Shown: piece by piece, positions 42,601 to 55,624 of the stretch
How the letters are laid out: every line of letters starts with the position of its first letter
Numbering within the stretch: the stretch's first letter is position 1
NCBI RefSeq assembly: GCF_000150275.1
Contig: NW_002060946.1
Span: 3,181,454 to 3,245,453 of the forward strand
Direction of reading: 5' to 3'
Origin: Trichoplax adhaerens
Lineage: Eukaryota; Animalia; Placozoa
Length of the DNA stretch: 64,000 nucleotides
Notes under the pieces: model-generated
The model's database searches: none
Seen by the model: the letters and a program-made list of their open reading frames with translations, nothing else
What the model was told of the DNA's origin: nothing
Position numbers and translations under genes: made by a program

Positions 42601-45600
42601 TACTGTAGCTACAGTAGCACTCTATCGCTTTCAATATAACTATCACAGAATAATAAAACTGAAAAAGTTTTTATAAGTAGTTGTGCTCACCTAGCTTCCA
42701 AAATGCAACTGGGAATTTCATTTGTTCGCTTAAAAGTCATTACGGCTTTCTTTACGTCTTCAAAAATCTACATAATAAAAAGACGAATGCAAAGTGAATT
42801 TCTATTAGTGTTCTACAAAGCGCATCCAGAATTGGAACAACAGGCGGCTAGCAAATCATATTTTCATTAAGTGAAACAAACTCTACGAGGTTACTTAGCC
42901 CAACCTCATCATCATGTAAGACTTCATCAAGTAAGTTTGTTGCTTGCTCTTTTTCGTTTGTTAAATCTTGTTCCTATCAATTCAAGAAAAAAACTTAAAT
43001 ATTCAAAATTTTTCTGATCACATGATTAAAATAAAAATCTAGCCATCACTATAAGATGTAGCGACATCGTCCTTACTTTTAATTTTGCTAAATTAGCCTT
43101 CGCTAAAGCTATATATTCAACTAGTAAGTCTTGGCAATTCGCTGGTACAGAAGGCTGACCAATAATATGAGCCTAATCAAAGGCAAGTTAAAAACATGTA
43201 GTGTATTATTCCAATTGCAAAATATACAGCAACTAAGTAACACCGCAATAGCCTCTATATTATAGATATAATATAAATAAAACCTTGATATGCAGGCCGT
43301 CATCATATGGTAAAATAGACATGAGAAATCTGATTAGAAATTTGCAAGATCTTGCAGACAGCTTGCTTATTAATGATGATTGACGCCCTATATGTGACTA
43401 TTAATAATTAAAATGATAAAGTTTGATCACGTTGTTCGCAATAACATCACTGAAATAAATTAATTTCAAGTGACAAATAACCGTAACTTCATATTTTAAT
43501 TATGATACTTTACTTGAATCCATTCGGTATATGGATAAAACTTTGGCAGTTTTAATAAACTGCACTGACGAACAAGTATGATTACAGTTAGGATGAGATC
43601 ATGATAACAGTTTCTGAGTGCATCTTCAAACATGGTATCAATCAAACCTATAATTGAATAATTTAAATGCTAACAATACGGGCAACATAATATTGATTAG
43701 ATATTGCGAATTCTCAATCAATTGGTCTTACCATATAACATATTTGTAGTATTTTCGTATTTTATACACAAGATAGATAAAAGAGCAAGAGTACTGCTCC
43801 AATCCACCTGTAAATGGTGTATCAGATTATAGTTAGACTAATACTACGAATTAATTAAACATTTTGTGAAAGATTGTATAAAATATTCAAAAGTATTCCA
43901 AAACGAAACCTTTTCACGTTGGGATAACACGTTAAAGACTGTTTCTCTTAATTTTTTAGCATCGACAAAATTGAGTAACTAAAAGTAGAAGCGCGTAGGA
44001 GTTAAACAGATAACACTAACAATAGGATAGTTGCTTTCACATAAATCTAGTATCAAAAGACACTAAAGGCATTGGCCGAGATGACATACCTCGGTAAATA
44101 AAACATAATAAGACTGTAAGGATCCCTTACGGTGCCAACGATTCTGTAACGATAAGATTTCTAGGTCTACAATTTAAATACCAAAATATAAATATATTAA
44201 TACCTTCGATCTTACCATAACCCGAAATGACCTACTGTATCTCATCATTAAGGTCAGGGTTACATACTTTAAATGAGTTTATGTCTGTAATTTAATAAAA
44301 TGATTTCCGCCATTTGTAAACTGGATAAATCATGTGATAATTTATTTATGAAAGTTTTCTCTTTGGTTATAATTGTAATGTTAAGAACTACTCTACTCTT
44401 CGTGTGCACTTTTAAAATAATTTGCTGATCTAGACAGTGTGTATTATATGGTATACTCGTACTGCTGGTCGCTTACCTTTAAGAACAGCATCATTGCAAC
44501 ATTTTAGTAGCTTCATAATCTGTGTTGTAAAAATTTGCTCAATAGTAGGCGTCGATTTGATCGATTTCAGTGACTTTAGTAAATTCATTAAATCTAGGCT
44601 GTATACGGTAAGATAAAATCAATAAATTGCCATCATTATAAGAAAAATTGTGCCGTTACAAATACCTGTACTAACATATCTATATAATATGATAGTTTTC
44701 TAAAATCATTCAATTATTTGATTGTATTGCAAATTCTTACTTGTTAATATTGCATTGCTTATTTTTCATCTTTTCGTAATTTAACCGAAAGTGCTCAATG
44801 TAGTCTGATTTAATATATAGGGTATATTAAAATTAGTCATTTGCAAATGTTACAAATCTGTTTCAATAGTAACTATTAGCTTTGAGTTACCTACTTTCAA
44901 TAAAATAATCCATAAATTCACGCAAGCGCTAAATATTTAAAATGAAATAGAGATAAATAGATTAACTGCCTGTAAATTGAGTCTTGACAGTGAACAATTA
45001 ACAGACCTTGTGTGTTTCATCTTCAGCTACGGAACTATTCTCCAAGTACGATAGAACGTCGCTCATAATATCTAAATTTGATATTTAATCTATTCAATGA
45101 TTGTACCGTATAGGTATCATACAGGACGCAATCGATAATTTATCATGTCCTATGTATGATTATCGTGTTAGAGATGCAATAGTTATATAACGGCGCAAAC
45201 TTACAAGAGATTACATTAGAAATATGAGCTACAGTGACATCCTCGGGCTGTTCTTGATAGTTGCTGATAATCGAACCTGCCAAATGCTTGGTAAAATTTC
45301 TTCTTTGCCTACATAATCTGAAATCAATACAACTTTTTCATTGAAGGCTTGGGTCTGCTTATGTAATGCGGTTCTGTAACATAGTAATTATGACTGATCT
45401 CCTTCAACTTAATAATAAAATTGCATATACCGATTTAAAAGGTCATCAAAGGTGGCCAAGTTAAGATGGCATAATTTCCACATTATTTCAACGGATATAT
45501 TGTGATCCTAAACGTAATACGTGTATATAAAAATTAATTATACCGCTATAACTAACGAAAGCACGTAAAACTAAAACTATACATGACGAACCCTTGATAG

Positions 45601-46631
45601 AAATTGACCAATGAAGTAATCGCGATCTAACATATTTTTCGAATATAATAAAGCAGCTGATTGTAACAGTTCAGATAATGCAGCCTATAAAGTATACAGT
45701 CATACAATATGTAGTTCATGTTAGCATTCTTCACTAGAAATGAAATTAGATAAAGATATATATTTGCAATATAAACATAGTACTAACCCTCTTTTCGGTC
45801 GGCATTAAAAAATTGAGGTAATATTTTACTGGAATATTAGCATTAGTTGGGAAGAGTTCAATTATTTTTTGATTAATAGCTGTCGCAAAGTAAATCGGTA
45901 AGGTCGAGCAATTTGTGCCATCTTGAATCTTATACTTTTTCGCCCATACTTCAGCTGTAATAGAATGCATTGCAAATTCAGTATTATATACGTGTATACC
46001 TATGTGCAGTAAACTAGCAGAGAAGCACTGCAATAGGCTGCAACGATTCAGTAGTAATGATAGAAAAGCTTTATTGTATGTCAATGCAAGATGTAATTAT
46101 TATGCATTGTTATTATGCAATACCTTGGCTACAATTGGCAAAGTCCATTGGACCCTGCAACAATTTCAACATAATACCGCGTTAGAAATAATACTTTAAT
46201 CGTTTTCAACGTCATTTCTAATCTACTAGGCCGTCATAAACATGATTACCATTTCACTGAAGCAAGAGCTCAATTGTACGGATTGGTCTAAAAATTGTAA
46301 AATATTAGTCTGCAACTGCATCCTATCCGGACAAGTGGGATTACGAGAAGGTTGATTTTGAGCTATTGGATGATGCAAGTAAGTATGATATCAGTCATCA
46401 GAGAAATAGTCTCATTCAAAGTGATTGAAACAGAAATGCATATAACCGCCAAAATATGGGTGTTATTTTCAACATCTTTCCATACCTAATAATTGCATGA
46501 ATGCATCAGATGCATTCTCATTATGCTTGCTTGTATCTCTTAAATCGTTCATTTCTCAGGTTTTTTTATCTTTGTTTGAACTGCAGTATTGACTACAAGT
46601 TACCTCGACGTCCTTGCAGTAAGTTAATCAT
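36605..46631 (-). CDS. FANCA: Fanconi anemia group A protein orthologue, many short exons
   Basis: Spliced peptides match remembered FANCA motifs: INLLQGRR..; AALSELLQSAALLYSKNMLDR; SVEIMWKL; IILVRQCSL..YTEW; FLIRFLMSILPYD; HIIGQPSVPANCQDLLVEYIALAKANLAKLK; DVKKAVMTFKRTNEIPSCILEASIFQKSYFCNQFLPALL. End coordinates were inferred by eye. Confidence 0.88.
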
Positions 46632-47471
46632 GACTATCGCGTCGTGGGATGCTGTTTTAGTTGTATTCTTATTGCAGTTATGAGCTCGGCTGAATTAAAT
46701 GATCCATGCACAATTTTAGCAGAAGGCAGCTTCCAAGGTAATTGGCTATGATTGCTAAGATTCAAATGCTGTATTAGAACATGTATAAGTATCCACAGTA
46801 AAGGGATGGCACCAAAGTTCATGAGATGTCGGTGAACGATAGAGATTCGTAATTTCTGCACGAAAATGGCACACGTCTGTACGTCTGTACCATGAAGACT
46901 GTACGATATAATACAGTATACTCTATTTGGACGTATGGTACCTTACCGTATGCAATTATAGACGTCTTCCCCAACACTAAATGCATAACAGTATGTCGTA
47001 TTTGCTGGCAGAGTTCTAGTATAGCTGTAGTACAGTATATATCCATGTAATTATAATGATCAATTAATTAATAATAGTCCTAATTAACTAAGCGTATTTT
47101 ATTTATATTTTTTATTGCTGTACTGTATAGTAGACCATCCGAAAGTATCAATACCACTTACGATCTTTCGTTACTGCATCGCATCTGATACTTCAATTAT
47201 TCGTTTTATACGCGTATTTCTAATACTACCGGTGATAGTCATAATGGTAACTAGCTTTCTAAGTTCGATAACTTTCGCTATACAGTATAGTATGAATATT
47301 ATATACTGTATATTATTATGATCATTATCTGTACTTTAGTTTGAATCATGCAGCACTCTCATATAGTAAGATGTAATATGAACTCAGAATACCTGTTATC
47401 CCTTATTGTAGCCATGATCAATTGGTCATGCTAGAAATCCGAACAATTACCACTCTATTCCAATTTTAGTC

Positions 47472-48324
47472 AATCATCAACAATCTAGATAACTTGTAGT
47501 ATAAATGCAGAATATTCGTTCTTATGGCTCAATGTGTAACGCTAAAGCATTGAACTTGCAATTACTACAGGTGTTTTCGATGCTGCACTATCAAGCTTTT
47601 ACGATAAAGTCTTACTGTATATAATCATCAACAATCTAGATAACTTGTAGTATAAATGCAGAATATTCGTTCTTATTGCTCAATGTGTAACGCTAAAGCA
47701 TTGAACTTGCAATTACTACAGGTGTTTTCGATGCTGCACTATCAAGCTTTTACGATAAAGTCTTACTGTATATAATCATCAACAATCTAGATAACCTGTA
47801 GCATAAATGCAGAATATTCGTTCTTATTGCTCAATGTGTAACGCTAAAGCATTGAACTTGCAATTACTACAGGTGTTTTCGATGCTGCACTATCAAACTT
47901 TTACGATAAAGTCTTACTGTATATAATCATCAATAATCTAGATAACTTGTAGTATAAATGCAGAATATTCGCTCTTATGGCTCAATGTGTAACACTAAAG
48001 CATTGAACTTGCATTTACCACAGGTGTTTTCGATGCTGCACTATCAAGCTTTTACGATAAAGACGTGCATTTATATAATCATCAACAATCTAGATAACTT
48101 GTAGTATAAATGCAGAATATTCGTTCTTATTGCTCAATGTGTAACGCTAAAGCACTTAACTTGCATTTACTACAGGTGTTTTCGATGCTGCACTATCAAG
48201 CTTTTACGATAAAGTCGTGCATTTATATAATCATCAACAATCTAGATAACTTGTAGTATAAATGCAGAATATTCGTTCTTATTGCTCAGTGTGGAACACT
48301 AAAGCATTGAACTTGCAATTACTA
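47472..48324. repeat. 151-152 bp tandem repeat, ~5.6 copies
   Basis: Units start at 47472, 47623, 47774, 47925, 48077 and 48229 (aatcatcaacaatctagataacttgtag...). Confidence 0.97.
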
Positions 48325-48430
48325 TACACTACAGTATTGCACTGTACAGTACTGTACACTGTACATTAAGTACGGTCCAGTACGGTAGTCTACAGTACAG
48401 TACAGTACAGTAGGACAAAGTCCTGTAGTA
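48325..48430. promoter_or_regulatory. CAGTA cluster upstream of STMP1
   Basis: tacagtacagtacagtacagtag etc., ~140-240 bp before ATG 48567. Confidence 0.6.
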
Positions 48431-48566
48431 TTTCCTACAAATTCATCAAGGCAAGGAAAACGATCAACCCTGGATCCACCAAAGCCTGTTTTAACTTAAC
48501 TCAAAATAACATTAACGATAAAGTATTTAGTTGTAATTGAAAATTCGGTTGAAATCAAAACTTGGG

Positions 48567-49188
48567 ATGTCTTCAAGTAGCCGCCTCGGTTCATTGTTTG
48601 TAAGTTTGATGCCTCTGTAGTCTGTACTGAACTGTATAAGTGCATATGTGACAAATAATATTGATCAATATTGCTTGGAATTTTGTTATTACTTCAATAA
48701 ACTACGACAGATTACTAAAATGTTTTGTCAATGATATAAATAATACCTTTAGGTTGGCCTTTGCTCAGGAGTTATACTAGGGATATATTTATCACAAAAT
48801 TACCAGGTACACTATTTCTTAATTATCCAATTTTAAATACACAAACATACTGTATCGTATATAGCTGCTTTTGCCTTGTACAGTACAGTATTTCGCTTGG
48901 GAAAGAAGGTCTTTCGGTGAATGTGATATACGTGTACATGCACGAGTACATATGTACTGTATAGATTAAATACGTATATACATTTAGCAATCTATAATAA
49001 TCAATTAATCAGTATGATATTCAGCAGTATTTTCAATACTACCCTTTCATTTCTGCTTAACAAAATATCTTTTCATATTTTAATGTAAGATGCCCGACGT
49101 TGGTAAAGAAGGCACCACATTATTATCAAAAGTAGAAGATGTAATTAGGTCATCTTCCAAAAGCAATGACAAAAAGGATAAAGAATAA
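48567..49188 (+). CDS. STMP1: Short transmembrane mitochondrial protein 1 (C7orf73/DUF4535 family), 61 aa, 3 exons
   Basis: 48567-48599 MSSSSRLGSLF|gtaagt; 48753-48806 VGLCSGVILGIYLSQNYQ|gt; 49090-49188 MPDVGKEG..KKDKE*. Matches the family motif GxxxGxYLxQNYxxP. Confidence 0.88.
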
Positions 49189-50096
49189 GCTATTGCAACT
49201 TTCGTAATCATCATGAATTACTTGCTTTATGTGTACAGGAAACTATTCTTCCGGAGTTTATGATTCGATACCAGCGTGCCCAATATCATATCTAGATATT
49301 TTGCACTGCCAATCCAACACGAAGATGCAAACTAATTATATCGTTTATTGTATTGTATTGGCGATATCTCAAAGCCCCGGATACTTGACTTTACGCTGAT
49401 CTTTGAAGATGTTTTGATCTGTCAGAGAGTACTTGAAGTTGATTGTATATTTTATTGATTTAATGATAGGATAAAGATTCGTTGTATCAATGAAATATTT
49501 AGATATCCTGCCAATGTTTTATTCAACGCCTTCACTAGCATTATAATACTTTGATCAGCATTTATCTACGATCATTCAGCATACATAATCTTATCATAGT
49601 CTTACGCTGGTAACTTGAGTACTCCTTAAAAAAGTTATTCAAACTAAAAGTAATCATTACTGCTTTCAGCATTGAATTATTTCATTGAATTGGATTCATG
49701 TAAAGAAAATTTATAGTAATTGATTCAAAAAAGCGATACTTACGAAAATCCATTCTTTATAAGTGAAATAAAATATCATTTGATGATTTAGGTTATAAGT
49801 AAGATAATGTAGTTCATTTACCAAAGTCGATTATCTATAAATATGTATCCTTAAAATGTATATACATTGTGGTAAAGATTTGATGTGATTATATTGTTAG
49901 CTTTAACAGCTTTCAAATCTCAGGACTAGGATAGTTTCAATCAGTTGCTTACAGTTCTAAAGTATTAGTTGGCTACACTATACGCATAACAAGCTACTTT
50001 TGAAAGCTAAAATAATATCGATAATAAATTTTTAAGTCTGACGCTAAATTAGTCTTGTGCCAATTCAGGAAATGGACGGAGAATAGACATGATAAT

Positions 50097-50440
50097 CAAG
50101 TCAGGTATTTTACTAGTAAAATACATGATGCACCTGACTAATGGCCAATTGCTATAATTATGCTAAATGAGATTTAGTTTTTTGCATATATCTAAAGGGG
50201 AGAGATGATATGGGATGAGGCTAGCTAAATCGTATCTAATGGAGCTTACTTAAAATGTTCCCTTATTTCAAGTCATGTATTTTACTAGTAAAATACATGA
50301 TACACCTGACTAGTGGCCAATTGCTATAATTATGCTAAATGAGATTTAGTTTTTTGCATATATCTAAAGGGGAGAGATGATATGGGATGAGGCTAGCTAA
50401 ATCGTATCTAATGGAGCCTACTTAAAATGTTCCCTTATTT
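50097..50440. repeat. 172-bp tandem duplication carrying a perfect palindrome
   Basis: Copies at 50097 and 50269; the second copy has the 28-bp palindrome tcatgtattttactagtaaaatacatga (50273-50300). Confidence 0.95.
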
Positions 50441-51815
50441 TCAATTTTTCACATCAAACTGATAATGTAATACAACTTTATAGTTTAAAAGCAATGAACT
50501 ATACAAAGCATGGTATTTAACTTTGGAAGAAATGTTCTCGTTGATTGAGTGCGCATAGAAATTTTAATTCAACTTATTAAGTTTAAAACACTATTTCCTT
50601 TTTTAGAGGTATTAAAGGCACTACTTGAATAATGTTGATTGTGATCTTAAGTAAAGCATCCAATTCTATGATATATACGTATAGTAGAAGGATATACCTG
50701 CACATATACACTATATCAAAAAATCGAGTAAAAATCGATCTTTGTTTTTGAGAAATAGTGTTCGACTTTGAATCTTTGCTTAAGATAGCATAATCTTACT
50801 TTCATGCCATACTCCTCTATCAATGCTTTAGGGCTAAAACAGTTCGTTTCTGAACTAAACACCATGCAGATCGGAGGACATAGCTGTATAGTATCCTTAC
50901 TAGTCTTGTTGTATCTGTGCTTACTTAGATGCTGCATTTTCGTATAGGTTAATTATAGTTTACATCTAAATTAGCTCCTATCGAATCCAATGTCACAGGT
51001 GTCCTTCGATAATGTTGTACCGGTGCTTACTTAAGTATTACGTTTTAGTTTCGGATACAATATACGAGTAGATCCAAAATTGATGGTAAAAAATCGAAGA
51101 TACATAACCTCACTAATTCTTAAAAGGAGTGCTTAGGTGCTACTATTTTCTAATGCGACATAGTATAAATTCAAAATAGCCGTGGTACCAAAATCAAAAA
51201 AGCCTACGTTAAATACATGTACGACATACGTATGCTCACTGCTCAGTACCATATAGCGCTTGTTCGCAAAGTTAATAGGATTTGAACATCTTCTACCGCT
51301 ATTGATATGATATTGCTTATATACACACAGTATATGAGTAAAAGAGCGTTTAGATTATTAATATTAAATCAAGGCTATAAGCGATTTATTGCAAACTCTT
51401 TTCAGATGAAAACATTCGGATGACCCATTTTAGACATACCAACTGATAACAAAACCAATTCTATTCATATGATGCAATATACTTGGATTGTTATCATGTA
51501 ATACAATATTGATATTTCATACTTTGAAAAAATCAGTTCTAAACACTGTTATAGCATTAGGTACAAATATAGTACTGAGTAAAAGAGAAGCTTTGAGGGA
51601 TCAGCCTGAAAGAACTTGTCACAAGTAAGATCCAAAAGCTACAATCTGTTGGCAGTAACTTGTAATAAAGACACAGCGTTTTACGAAGAGTATTGCACGT
51701 TACAACATTACAGCGTCCAAGTTTAATTAATGTTAGATAAAGTCTAGTTCCTAAAGTCAATTTTGATTACAGGAAACGTTCTTCTTTCTTTCTTGACTAG
51801 CTGTAATTTGGCATT

Positions 51816-52061
51816 TCAGTGATACTTTCGCTGGCGATCATGGATTATATGTCTGTATTCGAAAAAGGCGTAATTGACGACAACGACACCAAGAACAATA
51901 TGAACAAAAGGCCTCAAACGCGTTCTACGGGCAGTAAAATTTCGTTGTACATAGTTGCCATAGACAGTTGATATTCGCTGCTTTAGTACACTAGGTCTAA
52001 CATTCTGAGAAAGCCAAGCACCAAAATCGCGAAGCTTTACATCTCCCAAATTCGACGCCAT
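51816..52061 (-). CDS. ATP5MF: Mitochondrial ATP synthase subunit f, intronless
   Basis: LGDVKLRDFGAWL..NYAFFEYRHIIHDRQRKYH matches the subunit f pattern (VKLxELxxW..NY..Y..L.H.R..KYH); ATG at 52061. Confidence 0.93.
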   Translation of the reverse strand: MASNLGDVKLRDFGAWLSQNVRPSVLKQRISTVYGNYVQRNFTARRTRLRPFVHIVLGVVVVNYAFFEYRHIIHDRQRKYH

Positions 52062-52229
52062 ATTGCTTGTCAAAGTGTGGCTACTTTTTCAACGTCTGCT
52101 TTAGGTAAAAAGCGCAGGTGCAACGATATGCCGTGGTCTTTCGACCATCATCGATAGAGATCAAAAAACTCCATGACCACTATATGGTATACACCGTACA
52201 TTATGTATTGAATCAGTAGATGGTGGATA

Positions 52230-52372
52230 GGCTGTACAGTACAATATATTACAGTACAGTGTACTGTAGTGTAAAATGTACTGTACTGTTCTATACGCTT
52301 TTTTTAATCGCCCGCTCGTTGAACTGTTTAGTATAGTCGTCGATGTGTACTATTGCGCAGTCCTGTACTGTA
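52230..52372. promoter_or_regulatory. CAGTA cluster in the ATP5MF/MRPL38 bidirectional promoter region
   Basis: gtacagtacaat..acagtacagtgtactgtag..gtactgtactg between two divergent genes. Confidence 0.6.
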
Positions 52373-52814
52373 TATAGTTTAGCACACCTGCACGCGATCT
52401 CACTGCAAGCTGGGGTCCTGTGCGACTTCAGCTAATAAAACTTCCATCATAGCGACGAGCTTGAGGACCAATATCAATTCATATCATTAATAGTTCAAAT
52501 TTTAGCCAATCACTTATCCAGTAGTGTTACGTTAAACAAGATTGTATCATGCAAATTACCTATAAGAGTAGTGGATAAACGTGCTGTATTCAGACTCAAT
52601 AGTAAAGGAATAAAGGAATTCTTCCAATTAGCTTTGGCTTAGCTACCGAATCAGATCCAGCTGGCATTAATCTTTCCATTACTTTATGCGGTTATCCTAT
52701 CCATTTCTGCCAAGTAGGTTATTCATTTTACTTGATTAACAAATAATTCAAGATTTTTATTGGAGATACTGTGGTGCTATACTGCATATGAGATAACAGC
52801 ACCGAATAGAAGTT

Positions 52815-54672
52815 ATGGAGATTTCAATTCGATCCCTCGTTGGAAGATCATCTTCGATTGCAAGGAGTAGAATTTTCCTACAAGGTTGCATTGCATGCCG
52901 TAATTCAACCTTATGTGAGTTATAGAATCTAGATAAACTGATCTAATATTCGATACAGTTAAATTGATTTTTCAGCTATAATCTAGCCTTATCTAAAATG
53001 GGTCAATTTAATTCTATATCTTGATAACAGCTGCTAGCCAACCTAATATCAACGACTTACCGGTAGCAGACCTGACCAAATCTCAAAGGAAATCCATACT
53101 GCATCATAATAAGAGAAGCATTCAACTTGAACAGGCTTCTAGACGTAAAGAACGTAAGCTAACAGTCTTACTAACTTTAAATACAAGTAACCTGACCTTG
53201 CTAACTTGATAGGGTTAAACTTGCTATTCGTACTTTACTTGAATTAAGCTCTATCGTTGTATATTAGTTTAGTATCTGCAGTAATGCACTGTTTCGGGGT
53301 TTGATTATAATTATATTTTCACTTTTATAACTCTGCATAATGCAACCTTGGCCCAATAACATCCCTTGTAGTTCAAATACCCTTAAGTCGAGTGTATGAT
53401 GATTGGCTGTCTACTACTGGCCCAAAGCATGTCATGACTGTGGCTGAACACTATGGTATATTTAAGGATGTACTTATGGATTATCCCTTTTTTCCTACCG
53501 TCAATTTTGGAGTTGAGTATCCGAACTATCGAGTGCAATGGGGCAATTTAATATCACCATCAAAGGTAACTAGTTACTTATGGGAAAGTAATACACCCAT
53601 TCGATAGCAATTGGTTGTGTCACAAGCAATTGTGATGCATTAAATTGAGACACCGTTTACTTAGGACATACTATCATTTTATTCTGATTACTCTAGACTG
53701 CAGCTCGTCCAAAAATTTCATTTGCACCGAAATATAATGACGGTTTATGGACATTAATTATGATCAATCCTGGTAAGAAAACCATTTCATGCTGATGATC
53801 TTGATAATAACTATTAATATATTACAGTACATAAACTGTTCGTGTTATCTTGATCAATATTGCTTTGAAGATGGATGCAGTATTAACTAGAGCTCAATAT
53901 AAATATAATCTCTTACAGATGGAGTATTTATCGAAAATCAACAGGAATCTGAAATTTTGCATTGGTTATTGTATGTAAACGGATATTAAAAATACTTCCT
54001 ACTTTTATCTTTAGCCCAAAGTTATGATGTGATAAGGTTATCCATGAAATGATATATATATATATCTTTCAGGATTAATATGGCGCCTTCAACAGCTATT
54101 AAAGGCGTAGAAGCTTGTAAATACTTGCAGCCTTTACCTATTAGAGGCACTGGATACCATCGATTAATATTTCTATTATGCAAACAAAGCAGGGAAATAC
54201 CAGTTCCAGATCAAATCACGGACATTGCTGAGTTAGTTATTAATTTAGCTTTTAAAGCCATTTCTATCATCTAAAATTTTTACATATTTAGAAATGATGA
54301 CCATAAAGATGTTAGTAACAATACTGACATACTGTATACAATTACATTGTAGTCGTTCTTTCTCAACATACAACTTCTTAATACAACATCAAGACTCTCT
54401 TAAGCCAGTTGGACTAAGATTTTTTCAATCTGATTGGGACAAATCAGTAACAACAAGTTTCCGGAAAATGCTAGGTAAGTCTAAATGAGTCTTATTACTT
54501 TATTGATGCATTTAACAATAATAAGGTATTAATTAATCGTTGTTAACGCTGTAATGCAGGAATGAACGAGCCTACGTATAGCGCGCAACCTATACCTCTA
54601 TCTAAATCTCGATTAAAGAAATACAAGCACAGAAATATTTACAAGAACAAGGAAAAGTTGTTTAGAGCTTAA
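52815..54672 (+). CDS. MRPL38: Mitochondrial ribosomal protein mL38 (PEBP fold), multi-exon
   Basis: Arg/Ser-rich presequence MEISIRSLVGRSSSIARSR; LEQASRR..IPLSRVYDDW..GPKH..AEHYGIFKD; WTLIMINPD; HWL; YLQPLPIRGTGYHRLIFLL; FSTYNF..PVGLRFFQSDWD. Confidence 0.93.
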
Positions 54673-55409
54673 CCATGTATCATTTCTATATTGTAGCTAT
54701 TTGTAGTTATACTTTGCCAATGCCTGTAATGCGTCAATTTTATTGTTTTTTTAAAATGCACATCTTTAAATATACCCAAGACAAATTATTATTTGCTTTG
54801 ATATGTAATCTATAAGCTCAATCTGTGGCAATATTTCAATATTTTGATCTCCATCTCTATTCTTTACATTGCGATTTGGAAAGCATCTCGTAGTGTAGCA
54901 ATCTAATAATCATATTAAACTGTTTAATTTTGTAAGGCATCTTTAATGATCAGCTTTGATATCCCGATAGCAACATAATGTCCTATATATCTTTACAGTT
55001 TAGTGATGGCTTATTACTGTAAATTTGTCTCCATAAAAAGCGATGGAAAGAATTGAAGAATGTTTACAGTGCATGATTCACGTAATTAGTCGATAGTGTA
55101 ACTGGTGGTCAAGGTGTTGTATAATCGATCATACGAAAGATTATAAAGACGGTTGAAATTGATCATTCTCGAGCTCTGAGTACTTGCTAACTACTGTATG
55201 TAGGAATCTGATTACATTGTAAACAGCTTATAAATTACAATTTTAGCTGTCCAAATCACGGAATAGCAGCACTCGCCACACTATCCATACAGTAACGTAG
55301 AGCTCGCTAGCAACACGGATAATGGCTGTATCATAGTGATACTCTATGCAGCATTGTTGCCACTGCCATATGACCGTAGTGCAAGGGCGTACAGAACCAG
55401 AACCCTAAC

Positions 55410-55602
55410 CAGGGGGACTACTCAATTTGAAAATTCTCCTCTCAAAGCCGCAACTAAACCATTTCCCCTATACTAAAAATATACCAGACATTGTTGGTAT
55501 TAGGTACTGTCGATTCGTTGCCTGTCTCGTGTATTATTAGTATAAGGGAAAATTTTTTAATTACGGCTTTGAGGGGAGAATTTGGAGCTTGAGTAGTCCC
55601 TG
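55410..55602. mobile_element. 193-bp MITE/foldback element with ~80-bp imperfect TIRs (CAGGG...CCCTG, hAT-like)
   Basis: Left arm cagggggactactcaa..ttctcctctcaaagccg..ttcccctatactaa..agaca matches the reverse complement of the right arm; flanking direct repeat ccctaac(c) at 55403 and 55603. Confidence 0.85.
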
Positions 55603-55624
55603 CCCTAACCTGCAAACTCCGTCT

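Noticed and set aside
50716-50937. 73-aa minus-strand ORF with an internal gtaaga donor
   Set aside because: No recognisable family and no convincing downstream exons.
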